A stretch of DNA of 64,000 nt, from positions 8,433 through 72,432 of the IMG/VR virus record IMGVR_UViG_3300009314_000709; one strand, written 5' to 3'. Origin of the DNA: a virus. A model generated the notes under the pieces. That model was not told the DNA's origin. It was given only the letters and a program-made list of their open reading frames with translations, and did not search any database. The translations under genes were made by a program, and so were the position numbers. Every line of letters begins with the position of its first letter. Within the stretch, counting starts at the first letter, position 1. This document shows, piece by piece, positions 1-9,101 of this stretch.

Positions 1-33
1 TTCTGGTTACGTTCTTTGAGGGCCATATTCGTC

Positions 34-204
34 CTAGTTATTCTTATTCAGTTCCTTATGTTCCTTCTCACGCTGCTCTACGAACTGGTCGATAAAAAAC
101 CGACGTTCGATTGGACTGAGCGTTAGCTTTATGACATTGATCGGTTGTCTCAAGTGGTAGGCGATGAAGAACATTTCTTCCCACAACCACTTGTTGTATG
201 TCAT
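34..204 (-). CDS. T4 gp51-like baseplate hub/tail assembly chaperone (small ORF missing from the ORF track)
   Basis: Manual translation MTYNKWLWEEMFFIAYHLRQPINVIKLTLSPIERRFFIDQFVEQREKEHKELNKNN. ATG overlaps the upstream TGA. EEMFFIAYH...ERRFFI...QREKE pattern is typical of gp51-like proteins. Confidence 0.7.
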   Translation of the reverse strand: MTYNKWLWEEMFFIAYHLRQPINVIKLTLSPIERRFFIDQFVEQREKEHKELNKNN

Positions 205-1466
205 AGCGGCTCGATCTCTGTCCTTTCCTTGGGGAAGAAAAAATTGGCTTCGTACGGAAGTTCAACAGGGAACTCCGCCCCACAAGCTGGACAAGGCACA
301 ATCAATTCTGTATCTACGCCAAATGGTGGATTATTTAGCGTGTTGCGAATGTAGTTAATGTCCGCAACCGGTAGTCGCTCCATCAATGACTGAATGGCAT
401 GTCGGTTGTTCACCTTAGCGTTGTCATTGCCAATCTCATCAATAAGGATGGACGCCTTGTACAAGAAGGAGTCATCTGTAGCGTTAGAGAACTTCGTTTT
501 TCGGTCCCGGTACGCTGAGATTTCAGTTTCGTGAGCGCCTGTCATCAGATGATACCTGAACGTAAACCTTGTCTTGGGCAACGTCTTGGCCAGGGTATCT
601 TCGTGGAAGTTATCTGGGCAGTAATCTACCGGCAAGTTCAGATCAATATCATGGTCGAATGTGTGGCCACATTCTGGACACTTGACGGTCACTTCATAGA
701 CGTTGCCGTACGAAATACCACGCAAGTAAATCAACAGGTACGTCCGATCCACGCTCAGTAGCTTTTCTGGGTTGATATCTTTCTCCATCAAGCAATTGCG
801 GAAAATCATTTCAATACCACGTCCTTGCCGCATCAACCGAGCGGTTGAAAGAATCGTCTCTTCCTGGCCTGTCATGGGGCGAACATGGACTTCGCCGCTC
901 ATCGGTTGATCTTCGTCATGGTAAAAACGGCCTCTCGATGGAAGTGGTACCCTTTCGTAATTCTGGGTATTCAACGCAGTGAGCAAGGCGTTAAGATGCG
1001 GATCATTCGTCATCAACTCACCAGGCTGCAATGGTTTCATGTTGCTCTGCTGATGCGGAGGCAACTGTTGCGGTGTTTGAAATGGGGCATTGGAATTAGG
1101 CTGTGATTGCGCCTGCGGCCCACCTTGCTCTTCTACTTGGGAGGCGTTTACTTCAGATAGGCGTTGTTGCAGCATTTGCTGCATACCAGGTGGCATTTGG
1201 CCCGTCACCGAAATACCATCCATTGGCCGAGGCTCCGCCTGGGTCGCTACAGGATCATCTGGCACGCTTACACCAGCTTGACGCTGCGTTTCCAAAACAT
1301 CATTCAGCGATGCGGTAGGTTGTTGGGCTGCTAACTTTGCTTTATCTACGGACTCGGGAGCCGGTGCAGCTTCCGATGCCTCTGCTTCACCCGTGATCTC
1401 TGATGGATCAATCTTTACTTTCTTCTTCGATTCTTGACGGAAGGTCTTGTCTTTCTCGTCTGCCAT
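201..1466 (-). CDS. T4 gp26-like baseplate hub assembly/tail assembly chaperone with low-complexity N-terminus
   Basis: VPLPSRGRFY, VRPMTGQEE, DRTYLLIYLRGISYG, two CxxC pairs (CPECG, CPACG). Confidence 0.75.
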   Translation of the reverse strand: MADEKDKTFRQESKKKVKIDPSEITGEAEASEAAPAPESVDKAKLAAQQPTASLNDVLETQRQAGVSVPDDPVATQAEPRPMDGISVTGQMPPGMQQMLQQRLSEVNASQVEEQGGPQAQSQPNSNAPFQTPQQLPPHQQSNMKPLQPGELMTNDPHLNALLTALNTQNYERVPLPSRGRFYHDEDQPMSGEVHVRPMTGQEETILSTARLMRQGRGIEMIFRNCLMEKDINPEKLLSVDRTYLLIYLRGISYGNVYEVTVKCPECGHTFDHDIDLNLPVDYCPDNFHEDTLAKTLPKTRFTFRYHLMTGAHETEISAYRDRKTKFSNATDDSFLYKASILIDEIGNDNAKVNNRHAIQSLMERLPVADINYIRNTLNNPPFGVDTELIVPCPACGAEFPVELPYEANFFFPKERTEIEPL

Positions 1467-1526
1467 ATTTGCTCCTCTTTGTAGCCTTAGCTTACTCTTT
1501 GATTATAGTAACGTGCGAGAATTGTT

Positions 1527-1895
1527 ATGCAGATCGACAACAATAATATCGACCAGTTGATCCTTCAAGATAAGCAAATCCAGAGGGAATTGGATCATTT
1601 CAAAGGGCTCTTCGATCAATGGGTATTAGGAACCAAAGTCCCGGCTCTGCGTTTCCTCGCACAGAAGTCCCGGTTGGAGTTGTTGGAACATCTGAACACC
1701 CAAACTAACATAGCAATTCTGGAAAGATACTTTAACGAAAAGGTAAGCGTTCAGACGATTGATTATCATATAGCCCGACATCACAAAGTGCCGATCAAGG
1801 AAGTTGAAGTGGCTCTAAATGAAATGGAGGGCTTCACCAACAATGTCAGCATAAGTAGGGATGCTGAGCACGCTTATATATCCTTCTGGAGGTGA
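1527..1895 (+). CDS. hypothetical protein
   Basis: First ORF of a tightly overlapping + strand operon leading to thyA. Confidence 0.6.
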   Translation: MQIDNNNIDQLILQDKQIQRELDHFKGLFDQWVLGTKVPALRFLAQKSRLELLEHLNTQTNIAILERYFNEKVSVQTIDYHIARHHKVPIKEVEVALNEMEGFTNNVSISRDAEHAYISFWR

Positions 1896-2110
1896 AAATT
1901 ATGGGGTTTGAGGTTGTTCTGATATTGGCGTCCGTATTGATGGCTCTAGTATGGACATTCAGTGGTTATCGCCAACAAGATCGGAACCTCGCAATGCTGC
2001 ATCATGGCCGGAGTTTGCAGTGGTTTATGATCGCTTTGGGGCTGCTCTTATTCAATAGGCTCATGGTAGAAATTGAAGTTGTCAAATTATTGATGATAGG
2101 AGGTGGTTGA
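1892..2110 (+). CDS. small membrane protein
   Basis: Two hydrophobic segments; overlapping start/stop with neighbours. Confidence 0.55.
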   Translation: MKIMGFEVVLILASVLMALVWTFSGYRQQDRNLAMLHHGRSLQWFMIALGLLLFNRLMVEIEVVKLLMIGGG

Positions 2111-2502
2111 TGTTTACTATCGCTGTACTAGTTTTCTTCGCCCTCGGCCTAGTTGGGCTGACCCACATCATTGTGGATAGCACAATCATGTCCAAATGGC
2201 GCAAGTATGTCAAAGATAACGACATACCATTCTTGTTTGGATACAAACTTTATGACATGGTTAGCTGTCATCAATGCGCTGGCTTCTGGGTGGGCTTAGT
2301 TGGTTGGCCTTGGGCACTGCCCTTCCTGTCAATTGAATGGTCATTCCTCAAGATACTAGTTCTTCCCGTCATTGCACTCTTATCAGGTTGTGCTATCAGC
2401 TTGCTTACTATGACCAGCCGGGCGTTGATTGATTGGCTGACGCTGAACGTGCAGATACCAGAGGAGCTTTGGAATGAGCCAGAAACGACTGACGAGGCTT
2501 AA
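2107..2502 (+). CDS. DUF1360-like membrane protein
   Basis: LTHIIVDS...SCHQCAGFWVG motif plus hydrophobic helices. Confidence 0.6.
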   Translation: MMFTIAVLVFFALGLVGLTHIIVDSTIMSKWRKYVKDNDIPFLFGYKLYDMVSCHQCAGFWVGLVGWPWALPFLSIEWSFLKILVLPVIALLSGCAISLLTMTSRALIDWLTLNVQIPEELWNEPETTDEA

Positions 2503-2857
2503 TGTCAAACATGCTATTCTAACCGATACTAGGTTTCGAGACCTGTTCCCGGAACTGAAAAAAGAAATCGCTAAGGTACTAAGCAATCCATCGTGTGCGT
2601 GTAATGTTCCCTTCTATGACCGGTTTTTCAAATACAAAGATCGCCTGGCAAAATACTTCTCAGGTCACGAAATCAAAGCGCCCCAAGAAGAAGCCGTCGA
2701 AGAGAACCAGAACCATTGGAATGTCATCAACTGTAAAGTTGACGAGCTAGAAGAAGTGCTTAACAAACTACACAAAGTAGGTCGGGTCCAAATCGCCGTG
2801 GCCCGATACCAAGATGAATTAACCGTGATCGTAAATGATACAGGAATTGTGTTTTGA
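2474..2857 (+). CDS. hypothetical protein (NPSCACN motif)
   Basis: ORF within the overlapping operon. Confidence 0.6.
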   Translation: MSQKRLTRLNVKHAILTDTRFRDLFPELKKEIAKVLSNPSCACNVPFYDRFFKYKDRLAKYFSGHEIKAPQEEAVEENQNHWNVINCKVDELEEVLNKLHKVGRVQIAVARYQDELTVIVNDTGIVF

Positions 2858-3117
2858 TCTTAGAACTATCAGTATTCCTTGCCGCTACCCTCCTAACAGG
2901 ACTATGCTCCATCCTGGAAGTAGGATGGGTAGATGGAATCGTCAAGAACAACGCTTTAAGAACAGCGATAATCGATGCCGGTATCTCAGCAGTGTACTTC
3001 ATTGGCCTGTATTTTGCCTTTGCTGAAAAGTACCCAATCGCACTGCCAGGAATGGTGATAGGGGGAAGTCTTGGAGTATACATTGGCGTGAAAATGAAAG
3101 AAAGACGTGAACAGTGA
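2854..3117 (+). CDS. small membrane protein (3 TM)
   Basis: Hydrophobic; GGSLGVYIGVK terminal helix. Confidence 0.55.
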   Translation: MILELSVFLAATLLTGLCSILEVGWVDGIVKNNALRTAIIDAGISAVYFIGLYFAFAEKYPIALPGMVIGGSLGVYIGVKMKERREQ

Positions 3118-3344
3118 ATGGCGTATTTGCAAATGTGATGCTTGGATACTTAGCAATCGGCATACTGTGGTTCTTCTATGTGATGTGGCGGTACATAGCA
3201 AACAAACAACAAGGTGACGATGGCCTGTTGATTGCGTGTGTTTTCCAATGGCCGCTCACCCTAGGACCACATATCCGTCGCCGATTGTGGTGCGGGCCAG
3301 GAAAGTATGATGTCCTCTGGTTCGACGGAAAAATGCATAAATGA
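3114..3344 (+). CDS. small membrane protein
   Basis: Hydrophobic N-terminus; overlaps the thyA start. Confidence 0.5.
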   Translation: MNGVFANVMLGYLAIGILWFFYVMWRYIANKQQGDDGLLIACVFQWPLTLGPHIRRRLWCGPGKYDVLWFDGKMHK

Positions 3345-4258
3345 ACTATATTCTCCAGCCGTATGATGATGCCCTTTCAGAAATCCTTGAATATGGAGTT
3401 CGCAAAGAGAACCGTACTGGTGTTGATACGCTAGCCATATTCGGGATGCAAAAACGTTATAATATCAGCACACACTTTCCGCTTCTTACGAAGCGGAAAG
3501 TGTGGCCCAAAGCAATCTTCGCCGAACTTCTCTGGGTGCTTTCCGGCTCTACCAACAACGAAGACCTACAAGAGCTAGGTTCAAACATTTGGACACCGTG
3601 GGTTGATGCTGAGTTTGAATTAAAACACGGTTACACCTCTGGGAGCTTCGGCCCAGTTTACGGTTTTCAGTTAAGGCACTTTGGGGGCTACTATGCACAC
3701 GGCAGACGCCCTAAGAAAAAGACCTGGCGGGAAGTCTTGTTGGACTACCTTTCTTTTAACCAACCACTCTGGGAATATGGCGAAAAGGGATTCGATCAAC
3801 TCGCCTACATGATGAAAGAACTCAAAGAGAACCCAAATTCTCGACGCATACTCTGGTCGTTATGGAATCCCAAAAGTATGCATAAAATGCGGCTTCCGCC
3901 ATGTCACTTTACTTTCCAGTTATTCGTTCACGAAGACAAGTTGAGCGGACACTTAACACAACGTAGTTGCGATTTTCCGGTGGGCGTGCCTGCAAATGTT
4001 CAGTTCTACAGCGCCCTTGTGTACATGTTTGCGCAACAAGCGGGCTACAAGCCGCACGAGTTGGTTCACACATCGGTAGATAGCCACATCTACGTCAATC
4101 AAATAGAAGCGGTGGAGGAATACCTAGCAAGACCCGCCCCGGACTCACCCCGTTTGGAGCTAAAAAAGGCAGATGACATCTTTTCTTACAAAATGGAAGA
4201 CTTCACCATCGTTGACTACAGTCCAGAGTCGAAATTGTCGATACCAGTAGCAGTATGA
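3341..4258 (+). CDS. thyA: thymidylate synthase
   Basis: NRTG, FPLLT, ELLW, GPVYGFQLRH, NPNSRR, LPPCH catalytic Cys, QRSCD, DSHIY. Confidence 0.97.
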   Translation: MNYILQPYDDALSEILEYGVRKENRTGVDTLAIFGMQKRYNISTHFPLLTKRKVWPKAIFAELLWVLSGSTNNEDLQELGSNIWTPWVDAEFELKHGYTSGSFGPVYGFQLRHFGGYYAHGRRPKKKTWREVLLDYLSFNQPLWEYGEKGFDQLAYMMKELKENPNSRRILWSLWNPKSMHKMRLPPCHFTFQLFVHEDKLSGHLTQRSCDFPVGVPANVQFYSALVYMFAQQAGYKPHELVHTSVDSHIYVNQIEAVEEYLARPAPDSPRLELKKADDIFSYKMEDFTIVDYSPESKLSIPVAV

Positions 4259-4476
4259 GTGATCCCTCTGCAATTGAACGATTAAAGGCTGACGCTGCCC
4301 GGTGGGCGTATGTGCGAGATAACTTAGTTAGAATGCATAGTCCCAAGATGAATGGCCAACATAGTTATCGGTTCTCGCCCCTTTACCGCTATACAGGGCA
4401 AACGATAGAGATTGCGATAGATAAGGCAATCGAAGATACCAATAGAAGGAAGAAAGAGGCACAAGACGATAGATGA
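4255..4476 (+). CDS. hypothetical phage protein
   Basis: ADAARWAYVRD...AIDKAI pattern common in phage ORFs; ATGA overlap with thyA. Confidence 0.55.
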   Translation: MSDPSAIERLKADAARWAYVRDNLVRMHSPKMNGQHSYRFSPLYRYTGQTIEIAIDKAIEDTNRRKKEAQDDR

Positions 4477-4508
4477 TAGCAGTGTATGGGATTATTTTCA
4501 TTTATATT

Positions 4509-4515
4509 CTATATA
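4509..4515 (+). promoter_or_regulatory. putative late promoter CTATATA
   Basis: Instance of the CTANATA motif that recurs upstream of virion-type genes. Confidence 0.5.
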
Positions 4516-4545
4516 CTGAAAACTCCTATTAAATGAGTTGATGAA

Positions 4546-4800
4546 ATGAAATCCTTTGAAACATGGGTTGAAGAAAATCAATTGAATGAAATTCCAGTCC
4601 CAGATCCTTCAAACGTATCAAGAATGGGATCGGCAATGGCGGGGACGGGAGCGAAGTTCGATTTGGGCGGATGCCACTTGCAACTTGTAGGGAACCAATT
4701 GCACATATCTCGCCGAGCGGGCGGTGCTGAAAATGTGGTGCTTTTAGCGCTATCTCCCCAGCAGGTTCAACAAATGACAGCCGAACTGGAACTTACATAA
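4546..4800 (+). CDS. putative internal head protein (capsid-targeting-like N-terminus)
   Basis: Starts MKSFETWVEENQLNE, resembling the T4 CTS MKTYQEFIAE. Confidence 0.55.
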   Translation: MKSFETWVEENQLNEIPVPDPSNVSRMGSAMAGTGAKFDLGGCHLQLVGNQLHISRRAGGAENVVLLALSPQQVQQMTAELELT

Positions 4801-4973
4801 AAAATTTACAACGAGCATTTGAAACCGCCCAGTTAACACTACGGTCAAAGCGAGAATTACCGTTTTCGGTAATTGGTCTTGATGTTGACTTTCAAATTTC
4901 ACCCACACCAACATTTTTAGATGGCGGGCAAGCGATAGCTTGCAGACAAAGGAAGTTTCTTGATTTTGAGCAA

Positions 4974-5156
4974 ATGAGAACGGTGCTCAACAACATCGTA
5001 AATCAAGGCGGTAAGTTGTACATGTATAAATTGTACGAGCAAGACGAGTACGGTATGGACATGCATCTAACAGGGCGAAAAAGGTATTACCTGAGTTACG
5101 CTAATCGAACCCCAACAGTCGGTGAAGGAGATGGCAACACTCCTCGTAGCGTATGA
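4974..5156 (+). CDS. hypothetical protein
   Basis: 60-aa ORF directly before DHFR. Confidence 0.4.
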   Translation: MRTVLNNIVNQGGKLYMYKLYEQDEYGMDMHLTGRKRYYLSYANRTPTVGEGDGNTPRSV

Positions 5157-5790
5157 TGAAAACGGCGTCATCGGAAATGAAGGCCAAATCCCCTGGCACT
5201 TGCCAGGGGATTTGGCTCAGTTCAAAAAACGCACGATGGGGCAGGCTGTCATCATGGGCCGCAAGACTTGGGACAGCTTGCCAGAGAAACCCCTGCCCGC
5301 CCGACTTAACATCGTGCTCACACGTAATCCAGAGAAGTTCCTAGAGAGCCATGAGCTATCTGAGGAACTAGCTGTTCTCGACAATATCACAGACGCCATT
5401 GACGAAGCAGAGCAAAGAGACAAACACCCATACATCATCGGCGGCGCTCAAATCTACGAAGAGGCTTGGAAACATGGCCTTGTAGATACGATTATCGCAA
5501 CCGAGGTAGAGGGTACACATGAGGGCGATACACACTTTCCGCTCTTAGAGGAAGGACACGCATGGATGTGTACAACCTTAGAGGAGCATGAAGGTTTCCA
5601 AATAGTCGAACACAAGCATTTTGATGCCGTGGCAGACGAGGTGTGGGACTTACGAGAAGAGGTTGTCCGGTTAAAGAAAGCACTGCGTAAAGCAAGAGCC
5701 CAGCTTGCCTCGTATACGAGGCAAGCTGGGCGGCGGTTTCGGGATGAATCGGACTACGTTCAATACCATGATGAAGAATACGAGAGGTAA
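5131..5790 (+). CDS. folA: dihydrofolate reductase with C-terminal coiled-coil extension
   Basis: VIGNEGQIPWHLPGDL, VIMGRKTWDSL, PLPARLNIVLT, IIGGAQIY, GDTHFP. RBS AAGGAG precedes ATG 5131. Confidence 0.95.
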   Translation: MATLLVAYDENGVIGNEGQIPWHLPGDLAQFKKRTMGQAVIMGRKTWDSLPEKPLPARLNIVLTRNPEKFLESHELSEELAVLDNITDAIDEAEQRDKHPYIIGGAQIYEEAWKHGLVDTIIATEVEGTHEGDTHFPLLEEGHAWMCTTLEEHEGFQIVEHKHFDAVADEVWDLREEVVRLKKALRKARAQLASYTRQAGRRFRDESDYVQYHDEEYER

Positions 5791-6360
5791 ATGATGGATT
5801 ATCAAATAGTGACTTTAGATGAGCCTGGCGGAGAGATGATGCGAGATACTGATGTGTATGTCGTCACTGACAACACATTCTTGCCCAATCTTACCGTAAG
5901 TCAAACTGTGCTACATCCTGGGCAAAGCACAAAAGGTCATTCGCACGAACGGTTAGATGAGGTATACATTTTCATTAGTGGATTGGGATTCATGGAATTG
6001 GGTTCTCAGGATGTGGCCGAGGACACAATAACCGTGCGGCCTGGCGATATGATCTTCATTCGTGGTGGCGCTTTTTATCGAGTACACAATAAGGAAAGAC
6101 GTATAACGCCCGGCAACGCAAAAGTAGATACTTACAAAAAGGATTTGGTATTCACCTGCATCTTTCAGAAGTATGAAAGAGAAGAAGCGGGCAAGCGAGA
6201 AGAGGAGGATAGACGAGTAGAAAAGAAAGTGAATGAGTACCTTGACAGTCTGACCGCAGAAACTTTTTCACCTATCCTGGATGGTAGTCGTGGTCACTTG
6301 AGGGCTCAGTTTCGCAAAGAAGTTAGAAAAGAAATGGCCGCAGAGGAGAAAGAGAAATGA
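5791..6360 (+). CDS. cupin-domain protein
   Basis: LHPGQSTKGHSH..DEVYIFISGLG and PGDMIFI.GGAFYRVHN cupin motifs. Confidence 0.8.
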   Translation: MMDYQIVTLDEPGGEMMRDTDVYVVTDNTFLPNLTVSQTVLHPGQSTKGHSHERLDEVYIFISGLGFMELGSQDVAEDTITVRPGDMIFIRGGAFYRVHNKERRITPGNAKVDTYKKDLVFTCIFQKYEREEAGKREEEDRRVEKKVNEYLDSLTAETFSPILDGSRGHLRAQFRKEVRKEMAAEEKEK

Positions 6361-6836
6361 TGCGTGTCATCAATGGATTGCTTATTCTATCACTGGTGGT
6401 GGCTGGACTGGCCTTTGTGCACTTTGAATTCATCAAGCCTGGTCTGGAGGAGAATCGTCAGCTTCAAGAGCAGTTGGAATCCAGCACTGTCGAACAACAG
6501 ATTCATCCTTCGCTTCCGTTGCGAAACCTGGAACGCATTGCCACCATGCCCGAAGATCGTGTTGCTCGGCGGGTAATTGACATGATGGTAGGGGAGACCG
6601 CCTTTGTTGCCAGAGGGGCTTTGGTGGTTGATGAGCCAAAGCGTTGTTGGCTTCATCCCCAAGCGGTAGCAGGGGCGACTATATCAGATCAGTCTCTAGT
6701 GACATTCATGCTCAAGATCACACGTGTAGCAGACGGGTTCGAGGTGGAGATCAACGATGCTTCAAAATACCGTTGGACACCTGAACTCAGTGTTCCTGCA
6801 TCTTATTTTCCGGTGGTTAAGATAAGTAGCTATTAG
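6357..6836 (+). CDS. membrane-anchored hypothetical protein
   Basis: N-terminal hydrophobic anchor. Confidence 0.55.
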   Translation: MMRVINGLLILSLVVAGLAFVHFEFIKPGLEENRQLQEQLESSTVEQQIHPSLPLRNLERIATMPEDRVARRVIDMMVGETAFVARGALVVDEPKRCWLHPQAVAGATISDQSLVTFMLKITRVADGFEVEINDASKYRWTPELSVPASYFPVVKISSY

Positions 6837-7597
6837 GCTCCACCAGCCACCATACCAGTACCGATAAGGCCACCAGTTCCCAAAGCCTTTGCCCAACCAG
6901 GATGTTTCTTAGCAAACCCTCTCCACTTATCACCAAGTCCGCCAACAGCGCCTCGAATACCGGCTTGCCTACTAAGTGTTTTCGACCGACCCATTCGTTG
7001 GCCAAGTCGTTCAGCACCCCGGCCGACTGCGCCTAACAGTCCTTTTTCCTGACCTACGTCTTTTCCCCATGCTTGGACTTTTTGGACTACGCCGCCAGCC
7101 TTCATAGCATCAGTGTCGTGTCGATCTTGTAATTGTTTGTCAAGCTGTTCAGAACCTTGTCTCACCTGCTTTAAGAATTTTTGTATTATCTGTGCGCTTT
7201 GTACCCCTTTTGCTGTGTCAACGCCCATTGTTTGGGCTTGAGTAAGTGCTTGCGTAAGATCAGCAACAGCGTTGATCGCTTTTTCATACGCTGGGGTAAT
7301 TTGATGTGCCTGACCTTTGCCAAACCATCCACGTATTCCTTTATCTGCACGTTGACCTAGCTTAGCGCCACCTACTGCACCGCCGACAGTTCCCATTGGG
7401 CCGAGAATAGAACCTAGGGCACCTCCGCCAACAGCGCCCACCATACTACCCACACCTTCTTGAATGTCAAGTTCAAGGATTTCTATGAGGTCATTGATGG
7501 GCTCTAAACTCAAGTTGTTGTCTACAATGTAGACCGCACATTCCCAGATGATACGATCAAGTTCTCGTTGCTCAAAGTAAGTTTGAAACGTGCTCAT
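6833..7597 (-). CDS. putative head-packaged glycine-zipper protein
   Basis: MSTFQTYFEQRE start; GxxxG repeats (GAVGGGALGSILGPMGTVGGAVGG); paralogous to the 29807 gene. Confidence 0.6.
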   Translation of the reverse strand: MSTFQTYFEQRELDRIIWECAVYIVDNNLSLEPINDLIEILELDIQEGVGSMVGAVGGGALGSILGPMGTVGGAVGGAKLGQRADKGIRGWFGKGQAHQITPAYEKAINAVADLTQALTQAQTMGVDTAKGVQSAQIIQKFLKQVRQGSEQLDKQLQDRHDTDAMKAGGVVQKVQAWGKDVGQEKGLLGAVGRGAERLGQRMGRSKTLSRQAGIRGAVGGLGDKWRGFAKKHPGWAKALGTGGLIGTGMVAGGA

Positions 7598-7598
7598 G

Positions 7599-7829
7599 TT
7601 ATGATCCTTGCGAATTGAGTTGGGTGCCTACGATTTGTAATATTTGCTGAGCCTGCCTTACTTTTCCAAGCAGATCACCAGCATTAGGCATTTGTCCTCT
7701 CAGCACATCATGTAGTTGTTCTATTGCTTGGGCGGCTGTAGCGTGTGCCTGAGTGGTTGGATTGGTGTCGAACATCTCTGAGAGCGAGCGACGTTGGTAG
7801 TACTCATCGAAACTGATAGCCACGGTCAT
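7599..7829 (-). CDS. putative internal head protein
   Basis: ISFDEYYQRRSLSE N-terminus; ATAAATA motif 7837-7843 immediately upstream. Confidence 0.55.
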   Translation of the reverse strand: MTVAISFDEYYQRRSLSEMFDTNPTTQAHATAAQAIEQLHDVLRGQMPNAGDLLGKVRQAQQILQIVGTQLNSQGS

Positions 7830-7835
7830 AGTATC

Positions 7836-8804
7836 TTATTTATGTATACCGGGCATTTTTACGATGGTTTGTTTTCCTTGTTTTAAGCGTTGGCAGCCAG
7901 CGATCATCTTGTCGGGGTATTCTTGATACTTGGGAAGTTCGATAGGCCACTTGTCATGTTCCTGTCGACGAGAACCAAGGACAATCGCATTACGATAGAA
8001 CTGCTGAGCTTTTTCGTAATTGGCCAACCGGTGGTAGTAAATGTCACCGAGAAGACACCAAAATTCGGCCATCACTGGATTGACAGCCAAGCACTCCAAG
8101 ATATGCTTCAGTGCTTGATTAGCATCCTTCTTGATATGACAAAGCACAATTGCTATATAGTACTTCATCATCAATGTGGACTTTCTCACTGCTCGTTCGG
8201 TGAAAAGGTACTTGGAAGCATAACCCAGAAAGTGATCCCAATCTTGTTGCGAAAGATAATGGAACGCTAGGTAGTAAGGCGGTTCGGGGCTAGCTGGTTG
8301 TTGCTGAGACCATTCTTTTAAGATGTCGATAGAGACACAGCGATCTCCATCTCCGTACAACATTCCACTCAAAACCTCAGCATCATCATCGTTGATATTA
8401 AGGTATTCGTAAATCGGATTTATGAATGAGATGTTGAGCGACTTGTGCCAAAGCCGTACCTCGTAGGAGACTGTATTGTTCTTCAGTATTGGCATGAAGT
8501 AAGCTGCCGGATCGCCATCCAAAACGGCTTTGATTCCCGCAGGATCGGTGACAATCTCCCAAGGCTCTAACACCATCTGCCATTCATACTCCGATTGATT
8601 GGACAGTCGGTTACGAAGTTCAGCAAAATTGCTGACCTGGCCGACATTGAAGACCTGCAAACCAAGACCTCGGCAGAGATCGCTAGAGCCATCTTCTGAA
8701 CCGATATCCGCAATCAGAAATTCTGGACTTAGCGTAGCGAGTGAATCAAACGCCCGGCACACAGTCTGTATGTCGTTACGCACTAGTATCTGGCATGTCA
8801 GCAT
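7836..8804 (-). CDS. GT2-like glycosyltransferase with C-terminal TPRs (degenerate)
   Basis: QILVRND...IADIGSEDGS...NFAELRN GT-A start; TPR helices (AEFWCLLGDIYY). Confidence 0.7.
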   Translation of the reverse strand: MLTCQILVRNDIQTVCRAFDSLATLSPEFLIADIGSEDGSSDLCRGLGLQVFNVGQVSNFAELRNRLSNQSEYEWQMVLEPWEIVTDPAGIKAVLDGDPAAYFMPILKNNTVSYEVRLWHKSLNISFINPIYEYLNINDDDAEVLSGMLYGDGDRCVSIDILKEWSQQQPASPEPPYYLAFHYLSQQDWDHFLGYASKYLFTERAVRKSTLMMKYYIAIVLCHIKKDANQALKHILECLAVNPVMAEFWCLLGDIYYHRLANYEKAQQFYRNAIVLGSRRQEHDKWPIELPKYQEYPDKMIAGCQRLKQGKQTIVKMPGIHK

Positions 8805-9042
8805 CTAATCTTCCCCAGGGAGCAGACGGTAGTTCATCGAACACTTCCTTTAGTAAGAAAGTAAAAGCGTTTGCTTCATCGTGCTTACCTAGCTTTTCGT
8901 AATAGGTACGTAGATCACGATAAGGCTTGGGGGCGTGCGGGTTGTCGAGTAGAGCTTTGTAAAGTGCCGATATTTCCATTTTCACATAATAGACTGAAAT
9001 TCCGACAAGATTTGACAAAAAAAATGACTTTGCTGCACACAT
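8776..9042 (-). CDS. small TPR-like protein (start probably MEISALY)
   Basis: YRDLRTYYEKLGKHDEANAF helix pair. Confidence 0.45.
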   Translation of the reverse strand: MCAAKSFFLSNLVGISVYYVKMEISALYKALLDNPHAPKPYRDLRTYYEKLGKHDEANAFTFLLKEVFDELPSAPWGRLDADMPDTSA

Positions 9043-9101
9043 ACACTAGATGGGGTTTTCTGCTTCAATTTCAACAGCGGCTTTCTAGTATAAGGGTGGC
9101 T

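Noticed and set aside
3341-4258. thyA as a dCMP hydroxymethylase (modified-base system)
   Set aside because: Retains the dUMP-specifying Asn (GVPAN) and has DHFR nearby, consistent with ordinary dTMP synthesis.
8871-9101. N-terminal extensions given by the ORF track (sigma factor; also 30923, 33647, 35449, 46447, 60456 and 62547 genes)
   Set aside because: They overlap neighbouring genes, promoters or terminators; downstream ATGs with RBS or domain starts fit better.
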